From the NCBI GenBank assembly GCA_963675525.2, contig CAXXSL010000016.1, positions 416,001 through 480,000 on the forward strand: a stretch of DNA of 64,000 nucleotides, given 5' to 3'. Of the stretch, positions 9,271 through 18,515 are shown piece by piece (the stretch's first letter is position 1; each line of letters starts with the position of its first letter). Source of the DNA: Anaerohalosphaeraceae bacterium. Lineage in GTDB: Bacteria > Planctomycetota > Phycisphaerae > Sedimentisphaerales > Anaerohalosphaeraceae. Position numbers and translations under genes: made by a program. The notes below the pieces were generated by a model. The model made no database searches. It saw only the letters and a program-made list of their open reading frames with translations, and was not told the origin of the DNA.

Positions 9271-9455
9271 AGGCTATTCGTCGGGGACTCAAAGGGCAAC
9301 TATACATAAGCGGCAAATTGCTTAAGAATCTATCAACATAAGAGATCGATGGCCTTTTGGCTGACAGGGTTTAAAGGTCTTGTGATTAAAACACAACGTT
9401 CAGGGAGATAAAATATAAATAATACAGAAACGAGCTTGGCAACCATTCGTTTATT
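9255..9455 (+). pseudogene. Repeat copy B: relic of a paralogous response regulator 3' end plus downstream spacer
   Basis: Translates SEEIVKAIRRGLKGQLYISGKLLKNLST*EIDGLLADRV*RSCD* against SEDIVMAIRQVLKGQIYLSSRLLKNIPKRELDGLWVGTIEEGCD*. Confidence 0.85.
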
Positions 9456-9529
9456 TGAATTAGTTATGGGGAGAAATAAAATTAGACATACAGAAACAAC
9501 TTATATCTCTAGTTTCAGTACATAAACCG

Positions 9530-9691
9530 CTATTTGCCGACATGTCTGTATGGTTTGTGCTTTTCTTCGGGGGAAACCTGCTCCTGATGGACACGGCAGT
9601 ATGTTTGGTGATTGTATATACTCAATAAACGATGACAGTCCGGAAACTTGCATCGTCTACCTTCGGCGGATGTCTTCAGTATTTTTGTCAT
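9530..9691 (-). CDS. Small Cys/His (putative zinc-finger) protein, 53 aa, below the ORF-track cutoff
   Basis: MTKILKTSAEGRRCKFPDCHRLLSIYNHQTYCRVHQEQVSPEEKHKPYRHVGK; GAAAGGA RBS; TGTGGTATACT extended -10 about 90 nt upstream. Confidence 0.7.
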   Translation of the reverse strand: MTKILKTSAEGRRCKFPDCHRLLSIYNHQTYCRVHQEQVSPEEKHKPYRHVGK

Positions 9692-10046
9692 GGGCATTCC
9701 TTTCACGGAGGCTACCCGGCCGGTGCTTGACGGACGGGTACTTCCGAACCATCTGGACCGGATCTTTAAACCTTCAGTATACCACAGATTTCTCCAAACC
9801 TCTCAAGTATTCCGCAGGAGGTGGAATGATTTCCGCTTTCTTGCCATTTGCGGCGCCCCACAGAAAGAGAAAAAACAACTTTTTGAGGCCTTAAAGACAG
9901 TATAGGGGCGTTTTGGAGTCCGTTTTGAAGGGCCGAAAAAAAGTTAAATATATTTTTCCTCTCCCGGTAGAATCCTTCCGATTGACACAAATCGAAAGAT
10001 CGTTTAACCGCATCCATAAATACTCCGGCTGCCGATTTTGTGGGGC

Positions 10047-10074
10047 TGGACAAACGGCAGCGGATTGGTATAAT
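10047..10074 (+). promoter_or_regulatory. sigma70-type promoter giving a near-leaderless transcript
   Basis: TGGACA-N16-TATAAT, 9 nt before the ATG at 10084. Confidence 0.6.
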
Positions 10075-10083
10075 GCTAACCGT

Positions 10084-11142
10084 ATGACGGATCGAAAACT
10101 TAAACTCGCGGCGATTGGATTAACCGAACAGGCCGAAAGGCTACTGGACATTGCCTGGGAGAGCGATTTCTACGAGATCGTCGCCGTGGGCGATGAACGG
10201 GCCGAGCGGGCCGAGAAATTCGCTCGGAAATATGAATGCCCTCCCTTTACGGACCACCGCCAACTGATCGTTCAGACCGAAACGGATTTTCTTCTGTTCG
10301 GGGCACCGGTTCATTTATGTGCTGAATTTATCCGGCTGGGTATTCAGCAAAAACGCCATATCCTGAAAATCCTTCCGCCCGCATTGGATTTTGAACAGCT
10401 TGCGGAGTTTTACCGGTCATCGCAAAAAGAAGACGTCCTTTTCATCACCATGCAACAGAGCCGGTTCGGTCTGCCGTTTCAGCATATCCGCCAATATTTA
10501 ATAAATCCCCAACCTGAGCAAACATGGCATATGATTTCGGCGGTCTGCCATAAACCCATGGGACAGATCGATCCGAATATGCGATGGCTCAACGACCCCA
10601 AAACGGCCGGCGGTGGCGTTTTGCTGCAGAACTGCTACGACCTGATTGATGAACTGGTGCTTTGCTTCGGCCTGCCGCAGCGGGTCTTTGCCCTGACCAT
10701 CAACCAGGCCCCCGACAAACAGCAGCGGTTGAGCCTGACCGAAGATACGGCCATCATCACTATGCAGTTTTCGGATAACCTGATCGCGCAGTTATGTTCC
10801 AGCCGGACACTGGGTCCGGCAAGAAGGCATTTAAGGGTCCACGGCAAACTCCAGCATCTGACCGCGACCGAAGATGAGGTTGTCATCTATGATAACGAAG
10901 GCAGTCTGCTGCAAAAGCAGGAGTATCCGCAGGACGAAATTCCGTCACAGGAACGAATGCTCGAAAATCTGGCGTTGAGCCTGCTTGAGACCAAAACGCA
11001 TGCGCTTTATCCGCCCTACGGCAGCGACCTGAAAACCTTTGCGGTGATCGAAGCCGCGTATCTGTCGAATCGAACCGGAATGCCGGAAGAACCCTCGCGA
11101 ATCCTCAATCTGGCGGGGTTTGACCCGGCAGGACCGCTGTGA
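10084..11142 (+). CDS. Gfo/Idh/MocA-family oxidoreductase (divergent)
   Basis: KLKLAAIGL, EIVAVGD, AGGGVLLQNCYDLID, EDTA, VIEAAYLS; start reassigned from 9913. Confidence 0.85.
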   Translation: MTDRKLKLAAIGLTEQAERLLDIAWESDFYEIVAVGDERAERAEKFARKYECPPFTDHRQLIVQTETDFLLFGAPVHLCAEFIRLGIQQKRHILKILPPALDFEQLAEFYRSSQKEDVLFITMQQSRFGLPFQHIRQYLINPQPEQTWHMISAVCHKPMGQIDPNMRWLNDPKTAGGGVLLQNCYDLIDELVLCFGLPQRVFALTINQAPDKQQRLSLTEDTAIITMQFSDNLIAQLCSSRTLGPARRHLRVHGKLQHLTATEDEVVIYDNEGSLLQKQEYPQDEIPSQERMLENLALSLLETKTHALYPPYGSDLKTFAVIEAAYLSNRTGMPEEPSRILNLAGFDPAGPL

Positions 11143-11208
11143 AGCAATTAAGAACCGTCTGATTTTATGTTTAAAGTCGACACGAAATCTTATATGAACG
11201 CATAACAA

Positions 11209-11763
11209 ATGCAGAATAGAATAAGAATCATCATCTGTTGGGGGATCGGGATATTCCGAAAATGGGGAGTCGCTTTTTTGGGTGGACTTGGTTTTGCAGT
11301 CCTCTGTTTTTTAGCAATCAATGCAGCAATGGAGCCGGTCTCGACCAATGCCTACTGCGGCACCGCCTGCCATGAAATGAACACCGCCTATCAAACATGG
11401 GAATTATCCGTTCACGGCAGTAATCAGGATGGCATCACTGTCGGTTGCGTCGATTGCCATTTGCCGCCCAAAGAAAAGTATTTCACCCATTTGACGGCTA
11501 AAGCATACGCCGGCGCCAAAGATCTCTATAAGCATCACTTCGGGCCGCCATACGATGTCTCTGCCATCCGGCAAAAGGTCTTCGATCATATGGGTAATGA
11601 AACCTGTACTCACTGCCACAATAATCTACTATTCAAACCCAGCAGTGCCAAATCGAGATTGGCACATCAGGCGGCTTTACAGGAACCTGAAAAGCCCGAA
11701 AACAAATGCATTGAATGTCATCTGTCAGGACACATTCGAGATACCTATCTTTTTTCTCCCTAA
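11209..11763 (+). CDS. NapC/NirT/NrfH-family membrane-anchored tetraheme cytochrome c
   Basis: N-terminal TM helix; CGTACHEM, YQTWELSVH, CVDCHLP, CTHCH, CIECHLSGH. Confidence 0.9.
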   Translation: MQNRIRIIICWGIGIFRKWGVAFLGGLGFAVLCFLAINAAMEPVSTNAYCGTACHEMNTAYQTWELSVHGSNQDGITVGCVDCHLPPKEKYFTHLTAKAYAGAKDLYKHHFGPPYDVSAIRQKVFDHMGNETCTHCHNNLLFKPSSAKSRLAHQAALQEPEKPENKCIECHLSGHIRDTYLFSP

Positions 11764-11781
11764 AACAAAAGGAGGTTGACC

Positions 11782-13134
11782 ATGAAAACGAGAATTAAAT
11801 TGTCGATCGCATGCCTGCTTTTATTTGTGACGGCTCTGCTTCCTGTTCGCACCAGTTGTTCAGCACCGGAAAGTAAGCCCCCGGTACTCAAAGAATACCG
11901 AATCGAACGCAATCTCACTGATGATGCTCGTGAGTGTATTGACTGCCACGCCAAAGAGAGCAGGGGAATCGTTGCTGACTGGGCCGATAGTCGCCACGCG
12001 CATATTAACGTCACCTGCCTTGACTGTCACGGGGCCGGTGCCGCTGATGCCGACATCAGCAAGGTCCACCTTGAATATGATAAAACACCGGTCAGCGCGA
12101 TCGTCTCCCCGCGGGATTGTTCCCGCTGTCATCCATCTGAAGCGGCGGAATATGACCGCAGCAAACACGCTCAAACACTGGACATTGTCTGGAAACTCGA
12201 CCCCTGGATGAACGACGGGATGAACAGCACGAATGAACGGGTCACCGGCTGCCAGCATTGTCACGGCAGTGTTGTCAAAGTAACGGATGGGGTCTTCGAT
12301 GCGGATACCTGGCCGAATGTCGGCGTCGGACGCATCAATCCGGACGGCAGCAAAGGCAGTTGCAGTAGTTGCCACACCCGTCATAAGTTTTCCATGGCTG
12401 AGGCCCGTAAGCCCGAAACCTGCGGACAGTGCCACCTTGGACCGGACCATCCGCAGGCGGAGATCTACAATGAATCCAAACATGGAGCTATCTACGCCGC
12501 AGAAGGTGATGCGTGGAAATGGGATGCCGCACCCGGAACATGGACAGCAGGTGTCGATTATCGAACGCCGACCTGTGCGGTCTGTCACATGTCCCAAGTC
12601 AACGGGGTGGCCGGTACCCACGATGTCACTGAACGATTAGCATGGGAAACCCAGGCGCCGCTGACGATTCGGCCCGGTGATTTTAAACCGCTGCCGGCTA
12701 AAACGGACTGGAAAACCGAACGTAAAAAGATGGAAACAGTGTGCCTGGCTTGTCATTCCCCCGCATGGGTCAAGGGACATTTTGAACATTTTGACGCGGC
12801 GGTCGAGAATTACAATGAGACATATTTTAAGCCGATGAAGAAAATCATGGATGAGCTTTATGAAAAGAAGCTGCTTAGCAAAGACAAAAATCTTGACGAA
12901 AAGCTTGAATATGAATATTACGAACTGTGGCACCATGAAGGACGGCGGGCACGATTTGGGGCAGCCATGATGGCACCGGATTACGCGTGGTGGCATGGAT
13001 TTTATGAACTCAAAAAACGCTGTATGGAGATCGAGGCAGAGGCCGACGAACTCCTGAATAGCGGCAAACCGGCCAGGGTTTTTGACATCAAAGGCGCCAC
13101 GGGTGACACGACAAAACCGGGCTCGATCAAGTAA
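11782..13134 (+). CDS. Octaheme cytochrome c of the hydroxylamine oxidoreductase family (reductive, epsilon-Hao-like)
   Basis: Signal peptide; 8 CxxCH motifs; CHTRHKFS, ARKPETCGQCHLGPDHPQAEIYNESKHG, PTCAVCHM, WHHEGRRARFGAAMMAPDYAWWHG; AGGAGG RBS. Confidence 0.92.
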   Translation: MKTRIKLSIACLLLFVTALLPVRTSCSAPESKPPVLKEYRIERNLTDDARECIDCHAKESRGIVADWADSRHAHINVTCLDCHGAGAADADISKVHLEYDKTPVSAIVSPRDCSRCHPSEAAEYDRSKHAQTLDIVWKLDPWMNDGMNSTNERVTGCQHCHGSVVKVTDGVFDADTWPNVGVGRINPDGSKGSCSSCHTRHKFSMAEARKPETCGQCHLGPDHPQAEIYNESKHGAIYAAEGDAWKWDAAPGTWTAGVDYRTPTCAVCHMSQVNGVAGTHDVTERLAWETQAPLTIRPGDFKPLPAKTDWKTERKKMETVCLACHSPAWVKGHFEHFDAAVENYNETYFKPMKKIMDELYEKKLLSKDKNLDEKLEYEYYELWHHEGRRARFGAAMMAPDYAWWHGFYELKKRCMEIEAEADELLNSGKPARVFDIKGATGDTTKPGSIK

Positions 13135-13143
13135 ACGAAGAAA

Positions 13144-14190
13144 TCAGTCCTGATTTTGTTTTTCTTCGCCTGGGGTTTCAGGCAGCTTTATGCGAAGTCC
13201 GTCGTCGGCATCTTCCAACTCATGCAGGCGGGCGCGGGAGTCAGGGCTCATAGTGGGTCGATGCACCACCAGCATCAACCGCCCGTCGAACGTGGTGAAG
13301 ATCATGCCGTGCCCGCTGTCGTCAGTCAATAAAGGTTCAGCCTGACGCCAGGGTCCCGCTAATCGGCCGGACAAAGAATAAGCCATCGTCTGAGCATATT
13401 TCTTGTTCTCCTGCCAACTGGACCAGAGCATCAGCAGTTTGCCTGCCTTCGTGCGATAGAAAAAACATCCATCGCTGACAAATTCCCGCGGCGTATCATC
13501 TGGCTTGGCCTGCCAGGGAGTAATCCACGGCGCATCAGATGCACGGAACAACAATATCGGCTTGCCCACCGTACCGGATAAATCCGGCTTTAACTGAATC
13601 GCTTCGAACGTTCCATTAATCACCTGAATCCACTCATGGCAATAGACCATCCAGGGCACATCATTCTCAACAAACAGCGTCCCGTCCAGCGTCATCATGT
13701 CTTTGGGCGTGGTCGGCCGGTCAGCCATGGCCTCAAACGGGCCGGTCGGAGAGTCACTGACGAAAATCTGCGTTCCCCGCATGTGCGTCAACCGCCAGCT
13801 TTCGGGAGGTTCGGCAATGGTCTTATCGCGATTATGCAGGGTCACGAACAGGTAGTATTTGTCCTTATACAGATGCACTTCCGGTGCCCACGCTCCGTGT
13901 GCGGGATTGGCCCAGCCGTCCTCGGGTACTTTAAACACCACCTGCGGCCCTTCCCAGGTCTGTAAATCTTTACTGGTATAGGCCACCACCCCGGCCTGCC
14001 GCCGCGGCAATGCACCGGAGGTCACACTGGTATACAGATAATAAGTCTGGTTTTTCGCATCGGCCAGAATAAACGGGTCATGGGCCCGAAAATCTTCTAA
14101 TTTTCGGCTTTCTGCTGCGGCAACGGAAACCATAATACTGATAACACTGTACGATAAGACCTTTATGATAAAGATGTTTGATATTCGCAT
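13144..14190 (-). CDS. Glycoside hydrolase family 43, secreted
   Basis: AHDPFI, SKDLQTW, WAPEVH, SPTGPF, TLDGTLF, YCHEW, SGHGMIF. Confidence 0.9.
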   Translation of the reverse strand: MRISNIFIIKVLSYSVISIMVSVAAAESRKLEDFRAHDPFILADAKNQTYYLYTSVTSGALPRRQAGVVAYTSKDLQTWEGPQVVFKVPEDGWANPAHGAWAPEVHLYKDKYYLFVTLHNRDKTIAEPPESWRLTHMRGTQIFVSDSPTGPFEAMADRPTTPKDMMTLDGTLFVENDVPWMVYCHEWIQVINGTFEAIQLKPDLSGTVGKPILLFRASDAPWITPWQAKPDDTPREFVSDGCFFYRTKAGKLLMLWSSWQENKKYAQTMAYSLSGRLAGPWRQAEPLLTDDSGHGMIFTTFDGRLMLVVHRPTMSPDSRARLHELEDADDGLRIKLPETPGEEKQNQD

Positions 14191-14355
14191 ATATTTCCTT
14201 TTTGCTTTCTATTCGGCCTTTCCATTATACTGTATCATTTACAGATGTCACCCCTGTAGTCTTCTCATAATACAAACGATAAGTATATTTCATAATTTTT
14301 CCTTGAAAGCCGCTGTTTTTTGTACTATAAATGCGGGTTTAATGTCTCGGCAGGT

Positions 14356-14640
14356 ATGAATAAAGATACAAACAATTGTTCCGGATGTGACCAAAAAGAC
14401 CGTTGCGGGCTGGCTTTTGAGAAATTAGGCAAATCCAAGGGTCCCAATGTGGTTTGGAACGTGATTGTGGCGTTTTTAACGCCTATTTTGGTATTTATCC
14501 TTTCCCTTGCCGGGTCAAATAAGTTCTTAGAAGACCAATTCCAAGGAAATATGCTGACCATTGTCACTTTTTCGGCGGCAATGGTTATAACGCTGCTCGT
14601 TATCGTTTTAATCCGGGCGGTTCGACGTCCAATTAAATAA
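14356..14640 (+). CDS. RseC/MucC-family protein
   Basis: CSGC-x5-C followed by two TM helices, directly upstream of rnfC. Confidence 0.7.
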   Translation: MNKDTNNCSGCDQKDRCGLAFEKLGKSKGPNVVWNVIVAFLTPILVFILSLAGSNKFLEDQFQGNMLTIVTFSAAMVITLLVIVLIRAVRRPIK

Positions 14641-14669
14641 TAAAAGAACCTGTAATAAAGGTACGTTTC

Positions 14670-16043
14670 ATGTTGGAGATTCGCGGCAAATTGACATTTC
14701 CGGGCGGGACCCACCCGCCGGAAAATAAGCAGTTCAGTGAAAATCGCCTGATTGAGGTCGTCCCCGTCCCCAAACAGGTCGCGGTTCTGTTAAGCCAGCA
14801 CCTTGGAGCCGTTTGTGTGCCGACGGTGGCTAAAAAGGACACAGTTACGGCCGGTCAGGTCATCGGAAAATCGGACGCATTTGTCTCGGCTCCGATTCAC
14901 TCGCCGGTCAATGGAACGGTCAAGGACATTACGCTGCTGCCGCACCCGGTCATCGGACGCACCATGGGTGTTATCATTGATGTTGCCGAAGAAGGGAATG
15001 AACCAAAACAGCCGGTGAACACTCAATTCGATAAAAATTTTGCCCCGAACAACTATACGGTTGAGCAAATCTGCAAGGCCGTGAAGGAAGCGGGTATTGT
15101 CGGCATGGGTGGTGCGGGATTTCCCACACAGGTTAAAATCGAACCGAACCCGCGGCTGCCGAAAAAAGTGTTGATCATCAATGCCTGTGAGTGTGAACCG
15201 TTTATCACCTGTGATTACCGGGTCATGCTGGAGTGGACATGGCAGATGCTGGCGGGGATTCGGCTGGCGGCGAAAGCGGCTGAATGCGACAAAATTCGCA
15301 TCGGTATCGAGGACAATAAGCCGCAGGCAATACAAGTCATAACCAACGCTATTAAGGAACTTGACCGAGCCGGCGATCTGCAGGTCGTTCCGGTCAAGAC
15401 CAAATATCCCCAGGGCGGCGAACGACAGCTCATTAAATCCGTTCTGGGTAAAACCGTTCCCTCCGGCAGTATTCCGCCAACCATTGGGATCTGTGTACTG
15501 AATGTGGCAACGTGTGCGGCCATCGCCGAGGCGGTTTCTATCGGCAATCCCCTGACACATCGGGTGGTTACGGTCGCCGGATGTGCGATTTCAAAACCCG
15601 GCAACTACTACGTTCCGATCGGGATGCGCGTGGAAGACCTTATCGCTCATTGCGGCGGACTGACCGAAACGGCCGCCAAGGTCGTCATGGGCGGCCCGAT
15701 GATGGGATTTGCTATCGCGGATCTATCGACACCGTTAACGAAAACAAGCGGCGCCTTGACCTTCCTGACCAAAGCCGCGGTGACACGTGCCAAACATGAA
15801 AAACAGCAGACACCTTGTATTCGTTGCGGGCGATGTCTGGCCGTTTGTCCTGAACATCTGAACCCAACAAAGATCGCTCATGCCGTCAAACATTTTCAAA
15901 TGGACATCGCCGAACAATATTATTTGTCAAGCTGCATTGAATGCGGGTGCTGCAGTTATGTCTGTCCGGCTAATATTGAAATTACCGGGTATATCAAAAC
16001 GGGTAAGATACTAAAAGCCCGTGCGAAAAAGAGATTGGGGTAA
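14670..16043 (+). CDS. rnfC: Rnf electron transport complex subunit C
   Basis: GGTHPPENK, QHLGA, IHSPVNG, GIVGMGGAGFPT, NACECEPFITCD, KYPQGGERQLI, two CxxCxxCxxxCP motifs. Confidence 0.97.
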   Translation: MLEIRGKLTFPGGTHPPENKQFSENRLIEVVPVPKQVAVLLSQHLGAVCVPTVAKKDTVTAGQVIGKSDAFVSAPIHSPVNGTVKDITLLPHPVIGRTMGVIIDVAEEGNEPKQPVNTQFDKNFAPNNYTVEQICKAVKEAGIVGMGGAGFPTQVKIEPNPRLPKKVLIINACECEPFITCDYRVMLEWTWQMLAGIRLAAKAAECDKIRIGIEDNKPQAIQVITNAIKELDRAGDLQVVPVKTKYPQGGERQLIKSVLGKTVPSGSIPPTIGICVLNVATCAAIAEAVSIGNPLTHRVVTVAGCAISKPGNYYVPIGMRVEDLIAHCGGLTETAAKVVMGGPMMGFAIADLSTPLTKTSGALTFLTKAAVTRAKHEKQQTPCIRCGRCLAVCPEHLNPTKIAHAVKHFQMDIAEQYYLSSCIECGCCSYVCPANIEITGYIKTGKILKARAKKRLG

Positions 16044-16076
16044 AAAGGTATCGCCGCTGGCGATGGCTGTTTAAAT

Positions 16077-16102
16077 AGATTCTTCGCTTCGCTCAGAATG
16101 AC
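16077..16102. repeat. GTCA-type REP-like element between rnfC and rnfD
   Basis: AGATTCTTCGCTTCGCTCAGAATGAC. Confidence 0.7.
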
Positions 16103-16158
16103 ACGGGGCGCAGTCGAAAATAACAGACGGAATGGAATAAACTAAGGAATTTAATTTA

Positions 16159-17169
16159 ATGTTAAGCAAAATAACAGTTTCGCCGGCACCGCACATCAGC
16201 CAGAAATTGTCGACGCGCGGTGTGATGGGAGATGTCATCATCGGACTGGCGCCGGCCATGGCTGCGGCGGTCTGGTTTTTCCGGATTAAGGCGGTTGGCG
16301 TCATTGCCGCCTGTGTCATATCCTGTATGGTTTTTGAATGGCTGTGCAATGTCATCCGCAAAAAACCAAATTCACTCGGCGATCTCAGCGCCGTTGTGAC
16401 AGGGCTGATCTTAGCATTTTCGCTGCCGCCGACGGCCCCGTGGTGGATGTGTATCATCGGCAGTGGATTCGCCATTGTCATATGCAAAATGCTGTTCGGC
16501 GGTCTGGGTTACAATGTTTTTAATCCCGCCATGGCTGCCCGTGCGTTTTTGACCGCTTCGTTTGGAATGCTGATGACAACATGGACCGTGCCGGCAACGG
16601 TTGACGCACAGATGCCGCAAATCAGTGCGACCAATACTGTCGCGGTCACGCAGGCAACACCGCTGGCATGGGCCAAAAGCGCTATCAAAGGCAAGGCCGA
16701 TATTATCAAGGTCAACGCCATGCTCAAGAGCACTTTTCTGGGCAATGTCGGCGGGTGTCTGGGCGAAACCAGTTCACTGGCTCTGCTGATCGGCGGCGTG
16801 TACCTGTTGATACGACGAACCATCACGTTTCATATTCCGGCGGCGGTCTTAATCGCCGCATTTGTCCTTGCCGAAATCTTTTATCTCATCGACCCGGTCA
16901 AATACAGTATTCCGCTTGTGCAGTTATGCGGCGGGGGCATGCTGATTTGTGCGTTCTTTATCGCCACGGACCCGGTGACCGCCCCGCTCAGTGCTAAAGG
17001 CATGTGGATATTCGGTTTCGGCGTCGGGGCTTTGATCATGCTGATTCGTTTTGTCGGTGAATACCCCGAAGGTGTGATGTATGCGATATTGATTATGAAC
17101 GCGGTATCGCCGTTGATCGATCGGGCCTGTAAACTGGTGCCCGCGGGAGGCAAACCCCATGTCCAATAA
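16159..17169 (+). CDS. rnfD: Rnf subunit D
   Basis: SPAPHI, DLSAVVTG, KMLFGGLGYNVFNPA, TQATPL (FMN threonine), GCLGETS, FFIATDPVTAP, YPEGVMYAIL. Confidence 0.97.
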   Translation: MLSKITVSPAPHISQKLSTRGVMGDVIIGLAPAMAAAVWFFRIKAVGVIAACVISCMVFEWLCNVIRKKPNSLGDLSAVVTGLILAFSLPPTAPWWMCIIGSGFAIVICKMLFGGLGYNVFNPAMAARAFLTASFGMLMTTWTVPATVDAQMPQISATNTVAVTQATPLAWAKSAIKGKADIIKVNAMLKSTFLGNVGGCLGETSSLALLIGGVYLLIRRTITFHIPAAVLIAAFVLAEIFYLIDPVKYSIPLVQLCGGGMLICAFFIATDPVTAPLSAKGMWIFGFGVGALIMLIRFVGEYPEGVMYAILIMNAVSPLIDRACKLVPAGGKPHVQ

Positions 17170-17794
17170 TAAAACAAAAAATCCGATTCTCTTTTTTCTT
17201 GAGCAAAGCTGGCTGCTGATGGTTTCGGCAATTCTGTTCGGTGCCCTGCTGGCTTCGCTGAACTATGCCTGGCAGCCAAAAATCAAACAAAATGAAATTG
17301 ATAAATTTAACCGTCTGGCGGGCGGGCTTTTAACCAAAGCGGAAACCTTTGAGACCGCACTGGAAAACATCCCGGTCGATATCGGAAAAGGAAAAACCTA
17401 TAACGTCGAAGTCAAAAAAGGGCTGGATGCCGACGGCAACCTGGTCGGCTGGGCATTTATCTGCGAAGGGTCGGGGTTTGCCGATAAAATCAAGCTGGTG
17501 GTCGGCGTCGATGCGGCATTTGAAAAAATGGCGGGCTTTGGCGTGTTGAGCAGTAATGAAACGCCGGGCTTTGGGGATAAAATTACGATCAAAGACGGTT
17601 TTTTCCAAAGCCAGTATAAAGGCGCACCGGTGGCGGAACTGACACTATCAAAAATCGGTGATGCTGATAAGATTGACAGTGAGATCATCGCTATCAGCGG
17701 TGCAACGGTGACCAGTGAGGCAGTTGTAAAAATATTCAATACGTTCCTGCTGCCGATTAAAGAGAATATGAAAGAAGCGGGGCTTTTAAAATAA
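17159..17794 (+). CDS. rnfG: Rnf subunit G (FMN-binding)
   Basis: N-terminal TM helix, ETPGFG, ISGATVTS flavinylation motif. Confidence 0.93.
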   Translation: MSNNKTKNPILFFLEQSWLLMVSAILFGALLASLNYAWQPKIKQNEIDKFNRLAGGLLTKAETFETALENIPVDIGKGKTYNVEVKKGLDADGNLVGWAFICEGSGFADKIKLVVGVDAAFEKMAGFGVLSSNETPGFGDKITIKDGFFQSQYKGAPVAELTLSKIGDADKIDSEIIAISGATVTSEAVVKIFNTFLLPIKENMKEAGLLK

Positions 17795-17810
17795 GGCCGT
17801 CCGCGAGACG

Positions 17811-17837
17811 CTGGATTCCCGCTTTCGCGGGAATGAC
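17811..17837. repeat. REP-like palindrome ATTCCC-N8-GGGAAT-GAC
   Basis: CTGGATTCCCGCTTTCGCGGGAATGAC; near-identical copies at 20154-20179 and 22127-22153. Confidence 0.85.
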
Positions 17838-17872
17838 ATTTTGAAAATACGCTGAATTTAAGGACAAAAGAG

Positions 17873-18478
17873 ATGTCCAGTGAAACATCATTGAATAAAA
17901 CATTTTTCGCCGGGATCTGGGATAACAACCCGGTGCTTCGGCTGCTGTTGGGAATGTGCCCGACGCTGGCGGTCACCGCGGCGGTTAAGCCGGCATTAAC
18001 CATGGGGCTGAGCGTTATTTTTGTACTGCTCTTTTCGAACATCGTCGTCAGCTTGCTGCGGCATCAGTTGAAACCGCACGTGCGCATCCTGATGTTTACC
18101 CTGACCATCGCCACAGCGGTCACCATTGCGGATTTGGCGCTGAAGGCGTACCTCCCGGAGATGAGCGACAAACTGGGGCCGTATATCCCACTGATCATCG
18201 TCAACTGTATCATCATCGGCCGGGCCGAAGCCTGTGCCAGCAAGAACGGTCTTGTTGTCAGTATTGTTGACGCCATTGGCATGGGACTTGGCTTCACCAT
18301 CACCCTGTGCGTGCTGGCGGGGATCCGTGAACTGCTGGCAACGGGTAAGATTTTCGAGGCCCAGGTCATGCCGGATGCATTTGTGCCGTGGGCCGGGATG
18401 GGAATGCCGGTCGGTGCGTTTATCACACTGGGCCTGCTGCTGGGACTGGTGAATATTGTCAGCCGGAAAAAAGCTTAA
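17873..18478 (+). CDS. rnfE: Rnf subunit E
   Basis: NNPVLRLLLGMCPTLAVT, YIPLIIVNCIIIGRAE, GIRELL. Confidence 0.96.
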   Translation: MSSETSLNKTFFAGIWDNNPVLRLLLGMCPTLAVTAAVKPALTMGLSVIFVLLFSNIVVSLLRHQLKPHVRILMFTLTIATAVTIADLALKAYLPEMSDKLGPYIPLIIVNCIIIGRAEACASKNGLVVSIVDAIGMGLGFTITLCVLAGIRELLATGKIFEAQVMPDAFVPWAGMGMPVGAFITLGLLLGLVNIVSRKKA

Positions 18479-18507
18479 AATTGTAAATTGCAGATTGTAA
18501 ATTGAAA
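18478..18507. repeat. Heptamer tandem repeat (AAATTGT)x4 between rnfE and rnfA
   Basis: AAATTGT AAATTGC AGATTGT AAATTGA. Confidence 0.8.
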
Positions 18508-18515
18508 GAATAAGA

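Noticed and set aside
8480..9455. DGR template/variable repeat pair (prompted by the bAvd-like gene)
   Set aside because: Mismatches involve all four bases rather than adenines only, and there is no reverse transcriptase in the window.
9816..9894. 22-aa plus-strand peptide after AGGAGGT
   Set aside because: It has no motif and overlaps the promoter region of the better-supported minus-strand microprotein.
11782..13134. Anammox or ammonia-oxidation marker
   Set aside because: The short reductive-type HAO with a NapC partner is not diagnostic, and no hzs or amo genes are present.
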